Positions 38,577 to 46,962 of a DNA stretch of 64,000 nucleotides are shown here, in pieces. The translations under genes were made by a program, and so were the position numbers. Origin of the DNA: a virus (Duplodnaviria > Caudoviricetes); IMG/VR virus record IMGVR_UViG_3300017689_000002, positions 4,093 to 68,092 of that record, one strand, 5' to 3'. Positions within the stretch are counted from its first letter, which is position 1. Each line of letters begins with the position of its first letter. The notes under the pieces were generated by a model. It searched no databases and was not told the DNA's origin. It saw only the letters and a program-made list of their open reading frames with translations.

Positions 38577-38894
38577 TTAGATGAAGGCCAGGATCCCTCG
38601 GGTGGGTTCCGGGAAAGAGACAGAGATCTGTTCAGTGGTGCTAATGACGTCGCCGTAGATGACAATGTCATTGTGGTCATAAGTTACGACCGAGACTGGT
38701 CGTCGGCCCAGCTTGTGAGCGACGACCCAAAGAGATTCAGGGAGTTCGATCGTAACCTCTCGAGGTTTAGCTCCACCTTCTCCGCCAGCCACTAGCGAAT
38801 CAAGCCATTCCTGTTCAGTTCCTACGAAACCGTTCTTTACAGCAACTTGGTAAGCAGAGTCACCTTTAATGTTGCCAACAAGATGCTTAGACAT
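38577..38894 (-). CDS. Collar or fibre-associated small protein
   Basis: GDSAYQVAVKNGFVGTEQEWLDSL motif. Confidence 0.6.
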   Translation of the reverse strand: MSKHLVGNIKGDSAYQVAVKNGFVGTEQEWLDSLVAGGEGGAKPREVTIELPESLWVVAHKLGRRPVSVVTYDHNDIVIYGDVISTTEQISVSFPEPTRGILAFI

Positions 38895-39376
38895 TAACCC
38901 TTCCTCCAAAGATTACCTGTAGCAGGATCCAGAGCAAGATCGCCTTCTTCCATTTCTTTGGGAAGAGGGTCACCGTCTTTGTAATCAAAGACCACTGCAT
39001 CGCCACCAGAAGAGACGGCAAAGTCTCGAGCATCAGGATTAAAGTCGAACTCGGTAACACTCAATCGGAATTCGAGTTCTTTGATCTGTTCCTGGTAAGC
39101 TGTAAGTACGGATCCAGTCGGAGGATCGAAAACTACTCGAGTCTTCAGATAGATATAACTCTTCACAAACTCAACGTGCGTCTTACCGTCAAGGTAGTCA
39201 GACCACTTGGTGGTTCTGTCCCTGATAGCGAACCCCTCTTTAGGAGTCGCCCCAATGGAGTGCAGTACACCGAAGGCGCTGTTGATAAAGATCTGAATAT
39301 CGATGTCAAACGCTGTATAGTCTGGGGTCATCCCCAAGAGCTTCTTGATGTCATCGAGAATACTGTCGTCAGCCAT
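38894..39376 (-). CDS. Head-to-tail adaptor (connector) protein
   Basis: SILDDIKKLLG...FD.DI..FINSAF..L..IG...VKSYIYLKT..FDPP. Confidence 0.7.
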   Translation of the reverse strand: MADDSILDDIKKLLGMTPDYTAFDIDIQIFINSAFGVLHSIGATPKEGFAIRDRTTKWSDYLDGKTHVEFVKSYIYLKTRVVFDPPTGSVLTAYQEQIKELEFRLSVTEFDFNPDARDFAVSSGGDAVVFDYKDGDPLPKEMEEGDLALDPATGNLWRKG

Positions 39377-39396
39377 ACGCACCTCCTCAGGGCGAA

Positions 39397-39810
39397 TTAC
39401 CAGGGTCGTGTGTCTCCGGGAGCTCTTTCGACGAAAGGCTGCGGAAGAAGAGATGCATCACCGTAATGGATTGCGTTATGTGTGTTGTGACTAACTGAGA
39501 TGAGATTGTCAGGATCCAGAATAAGTGGATTGCCGTCTTCGATGTCTTCAGCGGTCATCGGAATGATGTGATGGATAAGTATGTTGCCGGCGATCTCGTG
39601 ATCGAACACGCCCATATCAAGTCCGTTGTCTCTTACCATCACATCACGCCGGGCTGTGCGCCACTCTTTCGAGCGGTAGAACTGTTGGTTAATATAGCGA
39701 TCGAAACCAAAGGTCTCTTCACCGACTCGACCATCCAGTCTAAGGTATTCAAACCGATCCTCAAAAGTTTCAAACCTTCTGAGCTCAGTATATGATCTAG
39801 TCCTCGGCAT
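39397..39810 (-). CDS. HNH endonuclease (packaging-associated)
   Basis: Start MPRTRSY overlaps terS stop; WR..R..V.VRD...IHHI.P...NL...HN.HNAIH. Confidence 0.8.
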   Translation of the reverse strand: MPRTRSYTELRRFETFEDRFEYLRLDGRVGEETFGFDRYINQQFYRSKEWRTARRDVMVRDNGLDMGVFDHEIAGNILIHHIIPMTAEDIEDGNPLILDPDNLISVSHNTHNAIHYGDASLLPQPFVERAPGDTRPW

Positions 39811-40144
39811 CGTCGAATGTCTCCTCACCTTTGTATGTGGTGAAGGCTCGAAGTGCCTGGTCCAGAAGTTTCTGGGTATCCTGCTGAGAATCGCCAGATG
39901 CAATCTTTGCTTTAGACAACTCAATGTCTTGTTCGATTTTCTTGAGCTCTAGTTGTTCACGAATGGAACCGAGTTTCAAGAAGTGTGTCATCACCTGTGA
40001 AGAAGCAGTACCCTCACGCATCTGCTTCTCAGCTAGGTCGTGAGCAAGAGAAATCATCTGATTCTCTCGAGCTTCTACAGTGGTGGCCGGAGGACGAGCA
40101 GGTCCATCAAGACTCGGCTTCTTAGTTACCACTACAGTGCTCAC
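39797..40144 (-). CDS. terS: Putative terminase small subunit
   Basis: 115-aa helical protein upstream of HNH and terL; SD AGGAGG. Confidence 0.55.
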   Translation of the reverse strand: MSTVVVTKKPSLDGPARPPATTVEARENQMISLAHDLAEKQMREGTASSQVMTHFLKLGSIREQLELKKIEQDIELSKAKIASGDSQQDTQKLLDQALRAFTTYKGEETFDDAED

Positions 40145-40170
40145 CTCCTAGTTGGACAATGTATTGGGGC

Positions 40171-40291
40171 GGGGGTCTCCTTCAGGAGCACCAGATATCG
40201 AATGCGCTGGCAAGGCGCCTCTTGAAAGGAGATGGGCTGATGGACACCCGTTTGAGTTTTTCGATACCTGGTACTCCGGAGGGAGACCCCC
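40171..40291 (-). ncRNA. Candidate structured ncRNA C (32-bp stem with multi-branch loop)
   Basis: Arms 40171-40202 and 40260-40291 are 28/32 complementary, two of four gaps G-U on the minus strand; three small inner hairpins; fills the intergenic gap. Confidence 0.6.
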
Positions 40292-40299
40292 ACACGTTT

Positions 40300-40710
40300 C
40301 TAGCGCTTACGAATTTTCACAAGCGAGTTCTCGTCAGGTGCACGCTGCACTCGGTGAGGACTGAACTTGCGAATTGCTAGAAGGATAATAAGTGATGTAA
40401 TAGTGTACGAGACGTACCCATACGCAACCAGACGAACAATGGGTCTCCACCAGAGAACATCTCCGGGGAACTCATACCACATCCGACCACGAGTAGGATC
40501 AATCCAAACACTAATAAACACAAGTCCGATCACACCGATTAGCGAAAGAGCAAACCGGAAGATAAGACGGCCACCAGTAGTGGCATTGGGCTGGAAGAGT
40601 AGGTAATACCCTACCACGAAAATTACTAGAGCAATTCCAATGTATCCGATTAGGAGATTTGAAAGCACCCATGCATAAGGATTAAATTGGCTAATCCAAT
40701 CCGCCATCAC
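40300..40710 (-). CDS. Multi-pass membrane protein (holin-like, lysis cassette)
   Basis: Three to four TM helices, basic C-terminus. Confidence 0.6.
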   Translation of the reverse strand: MMADWISQFNPYAWVLSNLLIGYIGIALVIFVVGYYLLFQPNATTGGRLIFRFALSLIGVIGLVFISVWIDPTRGRMWYEFPGDVLWWRPIVRLVAYGYVSYTITSLIILLAIRKFSPHRVQRAPDENSLVKIRKR

Positions 40711-40919
40711 TGAGACTCCCTCGGTTCAAGGTTCTTGGGAATCAAAGTAAATTCGAAGTCCCCACCAAACCCATTCTCATTAGTTCTCCAGACCAACCAT
40801 GAACTTATGAAGTTTACGTGCGATTGACGCTCGCTAGTCTTCTTCAAGGATTCCTCAGCCTTGCGGATGAGGTGTTCTGGATCGACCTTGTTTGATCGCT
40901 TTTTCTTGTACCAGCTCAT
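40707..40919 (-). CDS. Small lysis-cassette protein
   Basis: 70 aa, coupled both sides. Confidence 0.55.
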   Translation of the reverse strand: MSWYKKKRSNKVDPEHLIRKAEESLKKTSERQSHVNFISSWLVWRTNENGFGGDFEFTLIPKNLEPRESQ

Positions 40920-41230
40920 TGCTTCGGCTCCCCTCTCTTGGGGACGGTCTCTTCGAAGAAGTGCTTCGTGATCTCGTTCGCCGTAATAAGCTGGCCGTTT
41001 TGTGTGGTTAGCACGTCGTTGGCTTTTGAGGCCAAGTTAGCAGCTTCTTCCATGCGACGAAAACGTGCACCTGGAACCCACCACTCCCTGAATGATCCGG
41101 TTACGATCAGTAGGCAGAGTCCGATGAACAGTGACCAGCCGCCGAAGGCCGCCCAGTCCCGTGTAAGAAACGCGGTGATAGGGTCAGAGCCTTCGGCGAC
41201 GAGCGCACTGATATTTGATGCCTGAATCAT
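40916..41230 (-). CDS. Single-TM membrane protein (holin-like)
   Basis: TM helix plus short coiled coil, directly after endolysin. Confidence 0.6.
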   Translation of the reverse strand: MIQASNISALVAEGSDPITAFLTRDWAAFGGWSLFIGLCLLIVTGSFREWWVPGARFRRMEEAANLASKANDVLTTQNGQLITANEITKHFFEETVPKRGEPKQ

Positions 41231-41252
41231 GTGCGCTCCTAGTGGTCAGAAG

Positions 41253-42083
41253 TTAAACGCCGTACTCGGCGCACTTCTCAGCCCAACCACCCTCGGTGAG
41301 ACCCACGATGGACGTGAGCTTCTCCGGGGGCACGTAGAGCTTACCGCGCTTAGCGTTAGCTGAATCGTTCGCGTTAGCCTTGTCGACTTCCTGGTTGTAA
41401 ACCACAAACTTGGCACGGTGGTTTGCGTAGTCCTGCTCTGTGAAGAAGATGAATCGTCCCTCTTCAATCGGACCATCCTTCTCCTGTCGACCCTTGAGGC
41501 CGGGGCCGAACACAGCAACCTGTCCGGTCGCCTCTCGACGCCAATATTCGCGCATGGGCATTTCGTCTTCTTCCTCTTCGACTACCGGATCGGTAGGATT
41601 GTTCGGGAACGGTTTGGCAGAACCAGAAGCGGTGCTGCTGTATGCAGATAGATCAATCTTCGGAGGGCCGATGATGGTAGCGTGCCAATCTTCACTAGCA
41701 ACATTACGCTTCATACCAACGAGAGCATAGGCCTCGTCACGTACAGCCTTCATGTTTGTGTTAGTGTCAGTCGAGCGACCATAGCCGTGCTCTGAAGTTC
41801 CGGGGTAGGCGGCTGCCGGAGTCTCGCCCCGAGCCTGTCGACCTTTCTGGAACCACTGGTTGGGTGTCTTGTCCGAAGTCTGGTACGAGTATCGGCAAGC
41901 ACGGTCGGCTTGGACTCCCAACCAACGGTAACCCTCGGTTCCGGTGATCCATCCGCCTCGTTTGCGAACGTACTCGAAGACAAACTTGATGCGTCGATAC
42001 AGATCTGGTGAGAGCCACATGCCCTCGAAGTAGATCAGAGCCGAGCGAGGGGCAGTTCCGTTAGCGTAGTCAGTTACTTCCAT
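41253..42083 (-). CDS. Endolysin, M15-type Zn peptidase
   Basis: EGYR...Q...AAYPGTSEHGYG.S.D...EDWH Zn-binding pattern. Confidence 0.8.
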   Translation of the reverse strand: MEVTDYANGTAPRSALIYFEGMWLSPDLYRRIKFVFEYVRKRGGWITGTEGYRWLGVQADRACRYSYQTSDKTPNQWFQKGRQARGETPAAAYPGTSEHGYGRSTDTNTNMKAVRDEAYALVGMKRNVASEDWHATIIGPPKIDLSAYSSTASGSAKPFPNNPTDPVVEEEEDEMPMREYWRREATGQVAVFGPGLKGRQEKDGPIEEGRFIFFTEQDYANHRAKFVVYNQEVDKANANDSANAKRGKLYVPPEKLTSIVGLTEGGWAEKCAEYGV

Positions 42084-42209
42084 CTGTTCTCCCCTTTCAA
42101 TAGGGTTTGGTAGGCTTTGCCGGTAGTTCTAGACCACTTTGTACCTACCGCCCAGAGGGGTAAAAAGTGGATTGTTTGCCCAAAAAATCCCTCCGGGGCT
42201 ATTTTTGGG

Positions 42210-42218
42210 AGGCAGGCG
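42210..42218 (-). other. Candidate cos overhang CGCCTGCCT (genome terminus)
   Basis: In the only GC-island intergenic gap between last and first genes; resembles CGCCNNCCT overhangs recalled for related phages; HNH next to terS supports cos packaging. Confidence 0.5.
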
Positions 42219-42277
42219 ATGCGGGAGGGGGGCCGGATTCAATAGACCCCCCTCCCCTACTAAATATTTTTTGAGAT

Positions 42278-42520
42278 TTATGAATTTGGAGCAGCAACTT
42301 TTCGGTAGATGCCCAAAACATTTTCTTTTACTATCTCATCGATCGCATACTCGAGTGCAAGTGATTGATCAACTTCACTTAGTTCATCGCTTGACTTAGT
42401 GATCCGAGCAAGCAGACCACTAGTACAGTAGCCGGCTTGCTCATCATACTGATACCATTCATCCCAATGTGTGAAAGGATTGAAAGGATTGTCTGTAGTA
42501 GTTAGCATGTGTTCGTTCAT
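42278..42520 (-). CDS. Conserved acidic hypothetical protein after the polymerase
   Basis: MLTTTDNPFNPF..WDEW..YD...GY.T.GLLARI. Confidence 0.7.
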   Translation of the reverse strand: MNEHMLTTTDNPFNPFTHWDEWYQYDEQAGYCTSGLLARITKSSDELSEVDQSLALEYAIDEIVKENVLGIYRKVAAPNS

Positions 42521-42536
42521 AGACTTTCCTCTCTAT

Positions 42537-45239
42537 CTATTCACTAAGAGCATCATTGAGTGTTGATGTAGGCACACCAAGGGCATCAGAGATCTCTGCC
42601 TGGGTGTAGCCAGAAGCCAGCATCTGCTTAGCTCTTGTAACCTTAGCAGGCACCATGACTGTAGCAAGACGGGGAGTAGCCAACTGCTTGACTAGATCCA
42701 CATCAGTGTTAGCAAGGATTGCTTCTAGCTTGTTGTTAGTAATAGCACCTGCTTGAATGGCCTTCCATTCGTTAGGTGTGATGTCCACAGGTTCCTTCTT
42801 AGCACCCACTCTAAGACGTGCTTCAGTAAGTGCTTGACCCTTGATCTTCTTAAGGTCAGCTGCATCCATGTTGGGGTCAGCCTGGCGCTTAGCGGAGATG
42901 GTGGCATTAGCAAGTAGCTGGGCCTGTCGTTCCTGGGGCTTGTTCCTGAAGGCCAGGGCCAGTTTACTATTGAGGGAGGCTACCTCAGCAGCATAGGTCT
43001 GCTTAGCTGTAGGTGAGTAGGGTGTGGACTTGGTACTGATGTAGGCCTTACGAGAGTCGTTAGCTAGGGCCTTGAGCTTGTTAGCGTGGTCAGCATAGAC
43101 AAACTCCATAGGTGTACCAACACCCTTGATCAGACTGCGTGCATCATCTACCTCAGCCATACGAGTAGACTTGGTAGACTTCTGTACCACCTTGCCTGTA
43201 GTGGCCGATACATACGATGCACCTGTACGCTCATACATCTTGCGTCCAGTACGGGGGTCAATACGACCACCATTAGCAGCAGACCTATCCTTACGCTCAT
43301 CCACACGGACAGCCGAAGAGGCCTGTGAAATAAGCGTACTAGCACCTGACCTAGAGGTACCTTGATAGTCCTTCTTGAGCTGGGCTATATTATTATCAAT
43401 AGCCGACTGCTTCCAGTTGAGGTTGTGCTTCTCAGCATCAATAACAACCATCGAGTGCTTGACAGCTCGAGCGATCTCAGAGTGAGGTGCACCCTTGACA
43501 GTCATATCCGTAATGAGGTTAGAGACGTCGCCCATTTTCAACTGCTTGGTGCGAGGACTCATTTTCTTCATGCCAGGGTAGGCAGGATATGCAGCTTGCG
43601 GATCGAAGCCCTTAAGAGCAGCCAAGGGAGCAGCACTCTTAATTTGCTTGTTGTTATTTGGGATGACCAGAACAGTGTCACCATCGAAGTCAGCACCAGA
43701 AAGTCGACCAGCGACCTTGGAGTTGATACCGACAGCATCCTGTGCATTTCCCATAACCTTCTTGGCAGCGGCAACACGGTTATTTACCGTCAGTTCAGGG
43801 ATCTCAAAGATACCACCATGAGGATATCGAACAAGCGCAACACGCTCACCATCACGGAACTGAGGTGCGTAGATCTCAGTGTCCTTCATTGCGTTGATGG
43901 GCAAAATAACCTGAGTCTTCTGACGAGGCAGAGCTGCTGCTTTCAAGTGAACAGCGGAAGAATCCAGATCATCAGAAAATGAATCGAGAAGCTTGCGTCG
44001 AACAGCCGGGTTAGTCAGAGACATAATCTCGTCGTACTCGGCTTTCTTGATTGCATATTTGAGCTCGAGCTGCTGCTTAGCCAAAGCGGGAGACTGCTTG
44101 GACAGGACCTGAGAAGAGATATTCTTAGACCACTTGTCCCAGTCACCTTCCTCGTTGACGATATTCATCGAGGAGAGTTGCGTCTTGCCCTTGCTGTCAA
44201 CATAGTGTCGTTGGCTGACGATGGATCCGAAGGGGTTATCTCCGTCTTCCTTCATCGGCTTCATAGCCTTGAGCTTGTCGCCCTTGTCACTCTTATTCGT
44301 GTTGAAGCGGAGGTCAACGCCATCAGGCAGATCATCCGTGTACATTGCCATACCCTTGAGGTAGTGCGTACCATCAACGGCAACACGAACTTGAGCATAC
44401 TGCTTAGTGCCCAAGGAAATATCATCCACGCCACGACGGACCTGAATAACACCGTCCATGTCAGCGCCACCGTCTTCGGCATATCTCACTTCAATGCGCT
44501 TCGAAGACACATTGCGGGGAGTTTCAAGCCCAAGAGCGGTGTGACCACGATCCTCAGAATATGTCTGAATGGAACGGATCTTGTCCTTGTTGTCAACCAG
44601 TTCTTTGAAGGTTGCGTCCGGCGGAGCGAGAACCTTCAGACGAGTATATTCGCCGGTACCGACCTGCTGGACCTTCAGGTACATGACCTGATATCCTTCT
44701 TCTTCCAGCATAGCCACTGCCGTGTTCATCTTGGTAGCACTAACACCACCGAGACGATCACCGTACTGAGTACCAGTACCAATATCAAGGAAGCGCTTCT
44801 CGCCAACCTCATCCTTCAACACATTGGCTGTGTCAATAAGGTTGTCGGCCTTTGCCTGAGTCGTAGGATCTAGAAGGGCACGAACATTAGATTCGTTAAC
44901 GCCCATCTGTGCACCGATGGCGACATTAGACATGCCTTTTTCTTTGAGCTTACGTGCAGTGTTGATCTGTGACTGCTTCTGCTCATTTTTAGCGATAGCC
45001 TTAGCAGCACGAAGTTGGGTCGTAGAAATACCCATACCTTCGGCGATCTTCTGCTCGCTGAGACCTTTAGCCTGAAGACCGGCCACATAGTCCAGGAACT
45101 GCTTGTTACGCTGGTTGGGGTTTTCGCCCGAGCCCCAAGGATATCTTCCACTCTTGTGAAGGATTCCAATGTGCTGCAGAGCACCCTCAAAGTCATCGTC
45201 TACTTCAACGCTGTAGATATCTTCACTCATTAGCAGCAT
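42537..45239 (-). CDS. Single-subunit two-barrel RNA polymerase-like protein with terminal HTH domains (start may be 45230)
   Basis: Catalytic GADFDGD at 43677-43691, VALVRYP, YAQVR...YLKG; two N-terminal and one C-terminal HTH. Confidence 0.8.
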   Translation of the reverse strand: MLLMSEDIYSVEVDDDFEGALQHIGILHKSGRYPWGSGENPNQRNKQFLDYVAGLQAKGLSEQKIAEGMGISTTQLRAAKAIAKNEQKQSQINTARKLKEKGMSNVAIGAQMGVNESNVRALLDPTTQAKADNLIDTANVLKDEVGEKRFLDIGTGTQYGDRLGGVSATKMNTAVAMLEEEGYQVMYLKVQQVGTGEYTRLKVLAPPDATFKELVDNKDKIRSIQTYSEDRGHTALGLETPRNVSSKRIEVRYAEDGGADMDGVIQVRRGVDDISLGTKQYAQVRVAVDGTHYLKGMAMYTDDLPDGVDLRFNTNKSDKGDKLKAMKPMKEDGDNPFGSIVSQRHYVDSKGKTQLSSMNIVNEEGDWDKWSKNISSQVLSKQSPALAKQQLELKYAIKKAEYDEIMSLTNPAVRRKLLDSFSDDLDSSAVHLKAAALPRQKTQVILPINAMKDTEIYAPQFRDGERVALVRYPHGGIFEIPELTVNNRVAAAKKVMGNAQDAVGINSKVAGRLSGADFDGDTVLVIPNNNKQIKSAAPLAALKGFDPQAAYPAYPGMKKMSPRTKQLKMGDVSNLITDMTVKGAPHSEIARAVKHSMVVIDAEKHNLNWKQSAIDNNIAQLKKDYQGTSRSGASTLISQASSAVRVDERKDRSAANGGRIDPRTGRKMYERTGASYVSATTGKVVQKSTKSTRMAEVDDARSLIKGVGTPMEFVYADHANKLKALANDSRKAYISTKSTPYSPTAKQTYAAEVASLNSKLALAFRNKPQERQAQLLANATISAKRQADPNMDAADLKKIKGQALTEARLRVGAKKEPVDITPNEWKAIQAGAITNNKLEAILANTDVDLVKQLATPRLATVMVPAKVTRAKQMLASGYTQAEISDALGVPTSTLNDALSE

Positions 45240-45261
45240 TCCCTCCGTTCAAATATGGTAA

Positions 45262-45840
45262 TCACGCGAAAGCTTCAGCACGCATACGGTCGATGATCGC
45301 ATCGGCGCTTAGCAGTCGCTCACGGATGGGGATAATATCATCCAGTTGCGGTTCGAAGATTCGGACTTCATCATTCTGGTAAATACGGAGCTCAACATCA
45401 ATAGTCATGATGTCAACCTTGTATTCAATGCAGAAGAACACAACGTAAATAAGAAGCTGATCAAACGAGGCCTCGTGGACACCCGTCTTGAGGTCGGCGA
45501 TGATGAGCTTGTATCGGTTCTGTCCAGGGATCTTACGGTAACCAATAGCATCAGCTGTACCGAAGGCATTTGCCGACGCAACCAACATGACCTCAGGTGA
45601 AAGGCGAAGACCAATGCAGTCGTTCACATATTGGTTGAGTGTGGCGGTCGTGTCAGGAAGCTTGACCTTCATCTCAATGAGGTGCTTAGCGAGCTCGTGG
45701 AGCTGCGTGCCCTTCATGGCGTCGAGACGAGTCATGTACGTGTCGACGATCTTGTCGTCGTTGTACCTGATCCAGTGATATTTGCTGGCACTAAGTGTAG
45801 CGTGCCGACCCTCGATGTCGGCGTGGTTCTTCCAGAACAT
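45262..45840 (-). CDS. PD-(D/E)XK / Cas4-like exonuclease
   Basis: GTQLHELA, EV, GTADAI, DLKTG, QLLIY. Confidence 0.75.
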   Translation of the reverse strand: MFWKNHADIEGRHATLSASKYHWIRYNDDKIVDTYMTRLDAMKGTQLHELAKHLIEMKVKLPDTTATLNQYVNDCIGLRLSPEVMLVASANAFGTADAIGYRKIPGQNRYKLIIADLKTGVHEASFDQLLIYVVFFCIEYKVDIMTIDVELRIYQNDEVRIFEPQLDDIIPIRERLLSADAIIDRMRAEAFA

Positions 45841-45903
45841 GGTTCTCCTTTTAATGAAGACAAATATAGACTACCATCACGTAACGTCTATACTGTCAGT
45901 TGC

Positions 45904-46197
45904 CTATCGACCGTCGAAGAACTCTTTCAAGAACGTCAACACATCTTTCTTGTTCTCAGGATATACCGTTGTAGCAAACGATAGAGCTGCCAGCTTGTCC
46001 AGATACCATTCCTGGTTTGGCTGATATGGCGCCCGAGCAGATCGCTTACATTCCAGGACCGCCCAGCGCTCATGCCAGAGAACTGTGAGGTCGGGGAAGC
46101 CTTGTCGATATCCTGAGTCGTTCTTGAGGATGACACAGCCGGGGAAGAGGAACTCAATATCCTTGATTAGTTCAGCTTGGAACTGACTCTCTAGCAT
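45904..46197 (-). CDS. VRR-NUC-type nuclease (resolvase-like)
   Basis: ESQFQ, QGFPDL, LECK, PNQ. Confidence 0.8.
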   Translation of the reverse strand: MLESQFQAELIKDIEFLFPGCVILKNDSGYRQGFPDLTVLWHERWAVLECKRSARAPYQPNQEWYLDKLAALSFATTVYPENKKDVLTFLKEFFDGR

Positions 46198-46253
46198 TGT
46201 CACCACCTCAAGCAAAAATATAAGTCGTTGTAGAGCAGAGGTATTCTACTCCT

Positions 46254-46570
46254 TCTATTACAATATGCGTAATTCGTGCGTGGACATCAAAAGGCGGAGA
46301 ATTTTTTTAAATCGATGTAAATCTTGCGAACGGCCTCGTGGCCAAAAACCCACTTATTTTACCAACTTCTATTCAACTTTTTGTAATAGACATATACCTC
46401 TATTATTTTTTCGCGTATAGAAGTTATAGATAAAAGTGGGTTTTTGGCCACAAAACGCGTCCACAAACGTCCAAAACAGCCCTTTTTGCGTCCACAAACG
46501 TCAATTTTCGACATTTGGGATTTTCCGATGTCCACGCACGAATTACAACGCTCGAACTTGTTTGTGGACA
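46254..46570. other. Candidate replication origin with nested inverted repeats and iterons
   Basis: Perfect 20-bp IR 46269-46288/46527-46546, perfect 18-bp IR 46338-46355/46434-46451, AT-rich core, 15-bp direct repeat at 46457 and 46488. Confidence 0.55.
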
Positions 46571-46587
46571 TCGGAACCCAAAACCGA

Positions 46588-46962
46588 CTACTTTTTTTCG
46601 TATCGACGACGGTCAAACCGCCAATAGTTGTTGCCAGCAGCCACTGGTTTCAACCAGCACTCCGCCTTAACATTGCGAATATATACACTGAATAGCAGGT
46701 TCTCCAATGCCAGATTGTACGAATCACCATCCTTATAGTCGACAGTGACATCGCGATAGTCACCCTCGAAGAAGGCATACATGATCAGTTTCCATACAGG
46801 TCCGCGATATGAGGTCTCCTCGGACTTGATAGCAATCCACAGGATCCCTTTACCCTTGTCCCAAGGCTGCACCAGCTCACCTGACGGATCCGTGACCCAT
46901 CCACGTGAGCTGACAGAATAACCCTGGAACCCAGGAAGCGGATGCCAGATCTCTCTACTCAT
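46588..46962 (-). CDS. NUMOD4 protein with degenerate HNH
   Basis: EIWHPLPGFQGYSVSSRG; VDYKDGDSYNLALENL. Confidence 0.7.
   Translation of the reverse strand: MSREIWHPLPGFQGYSVSSRGWVTDPSGELVQPWDKGKGILWIAIKSEETSYRGPVWKLIMYAFFEGDYRDVTVDYKDGDSYNLALENLLFSVYIRNVKAECWLKPVAAGNNYWRFDRRRYEKK

Noticed and set aside
40219-40380. Plus-strand SD-like CTCTTGAAAGGAG with a 46-aa ORF, and CTGATGG as a hammerhead core
   Set aside because: ORF is unprotein-like and antisense to the late operon; the hammerhead needs CUGANGA and GAAA with flanking stems, which are absent; better explained as part of structured element C
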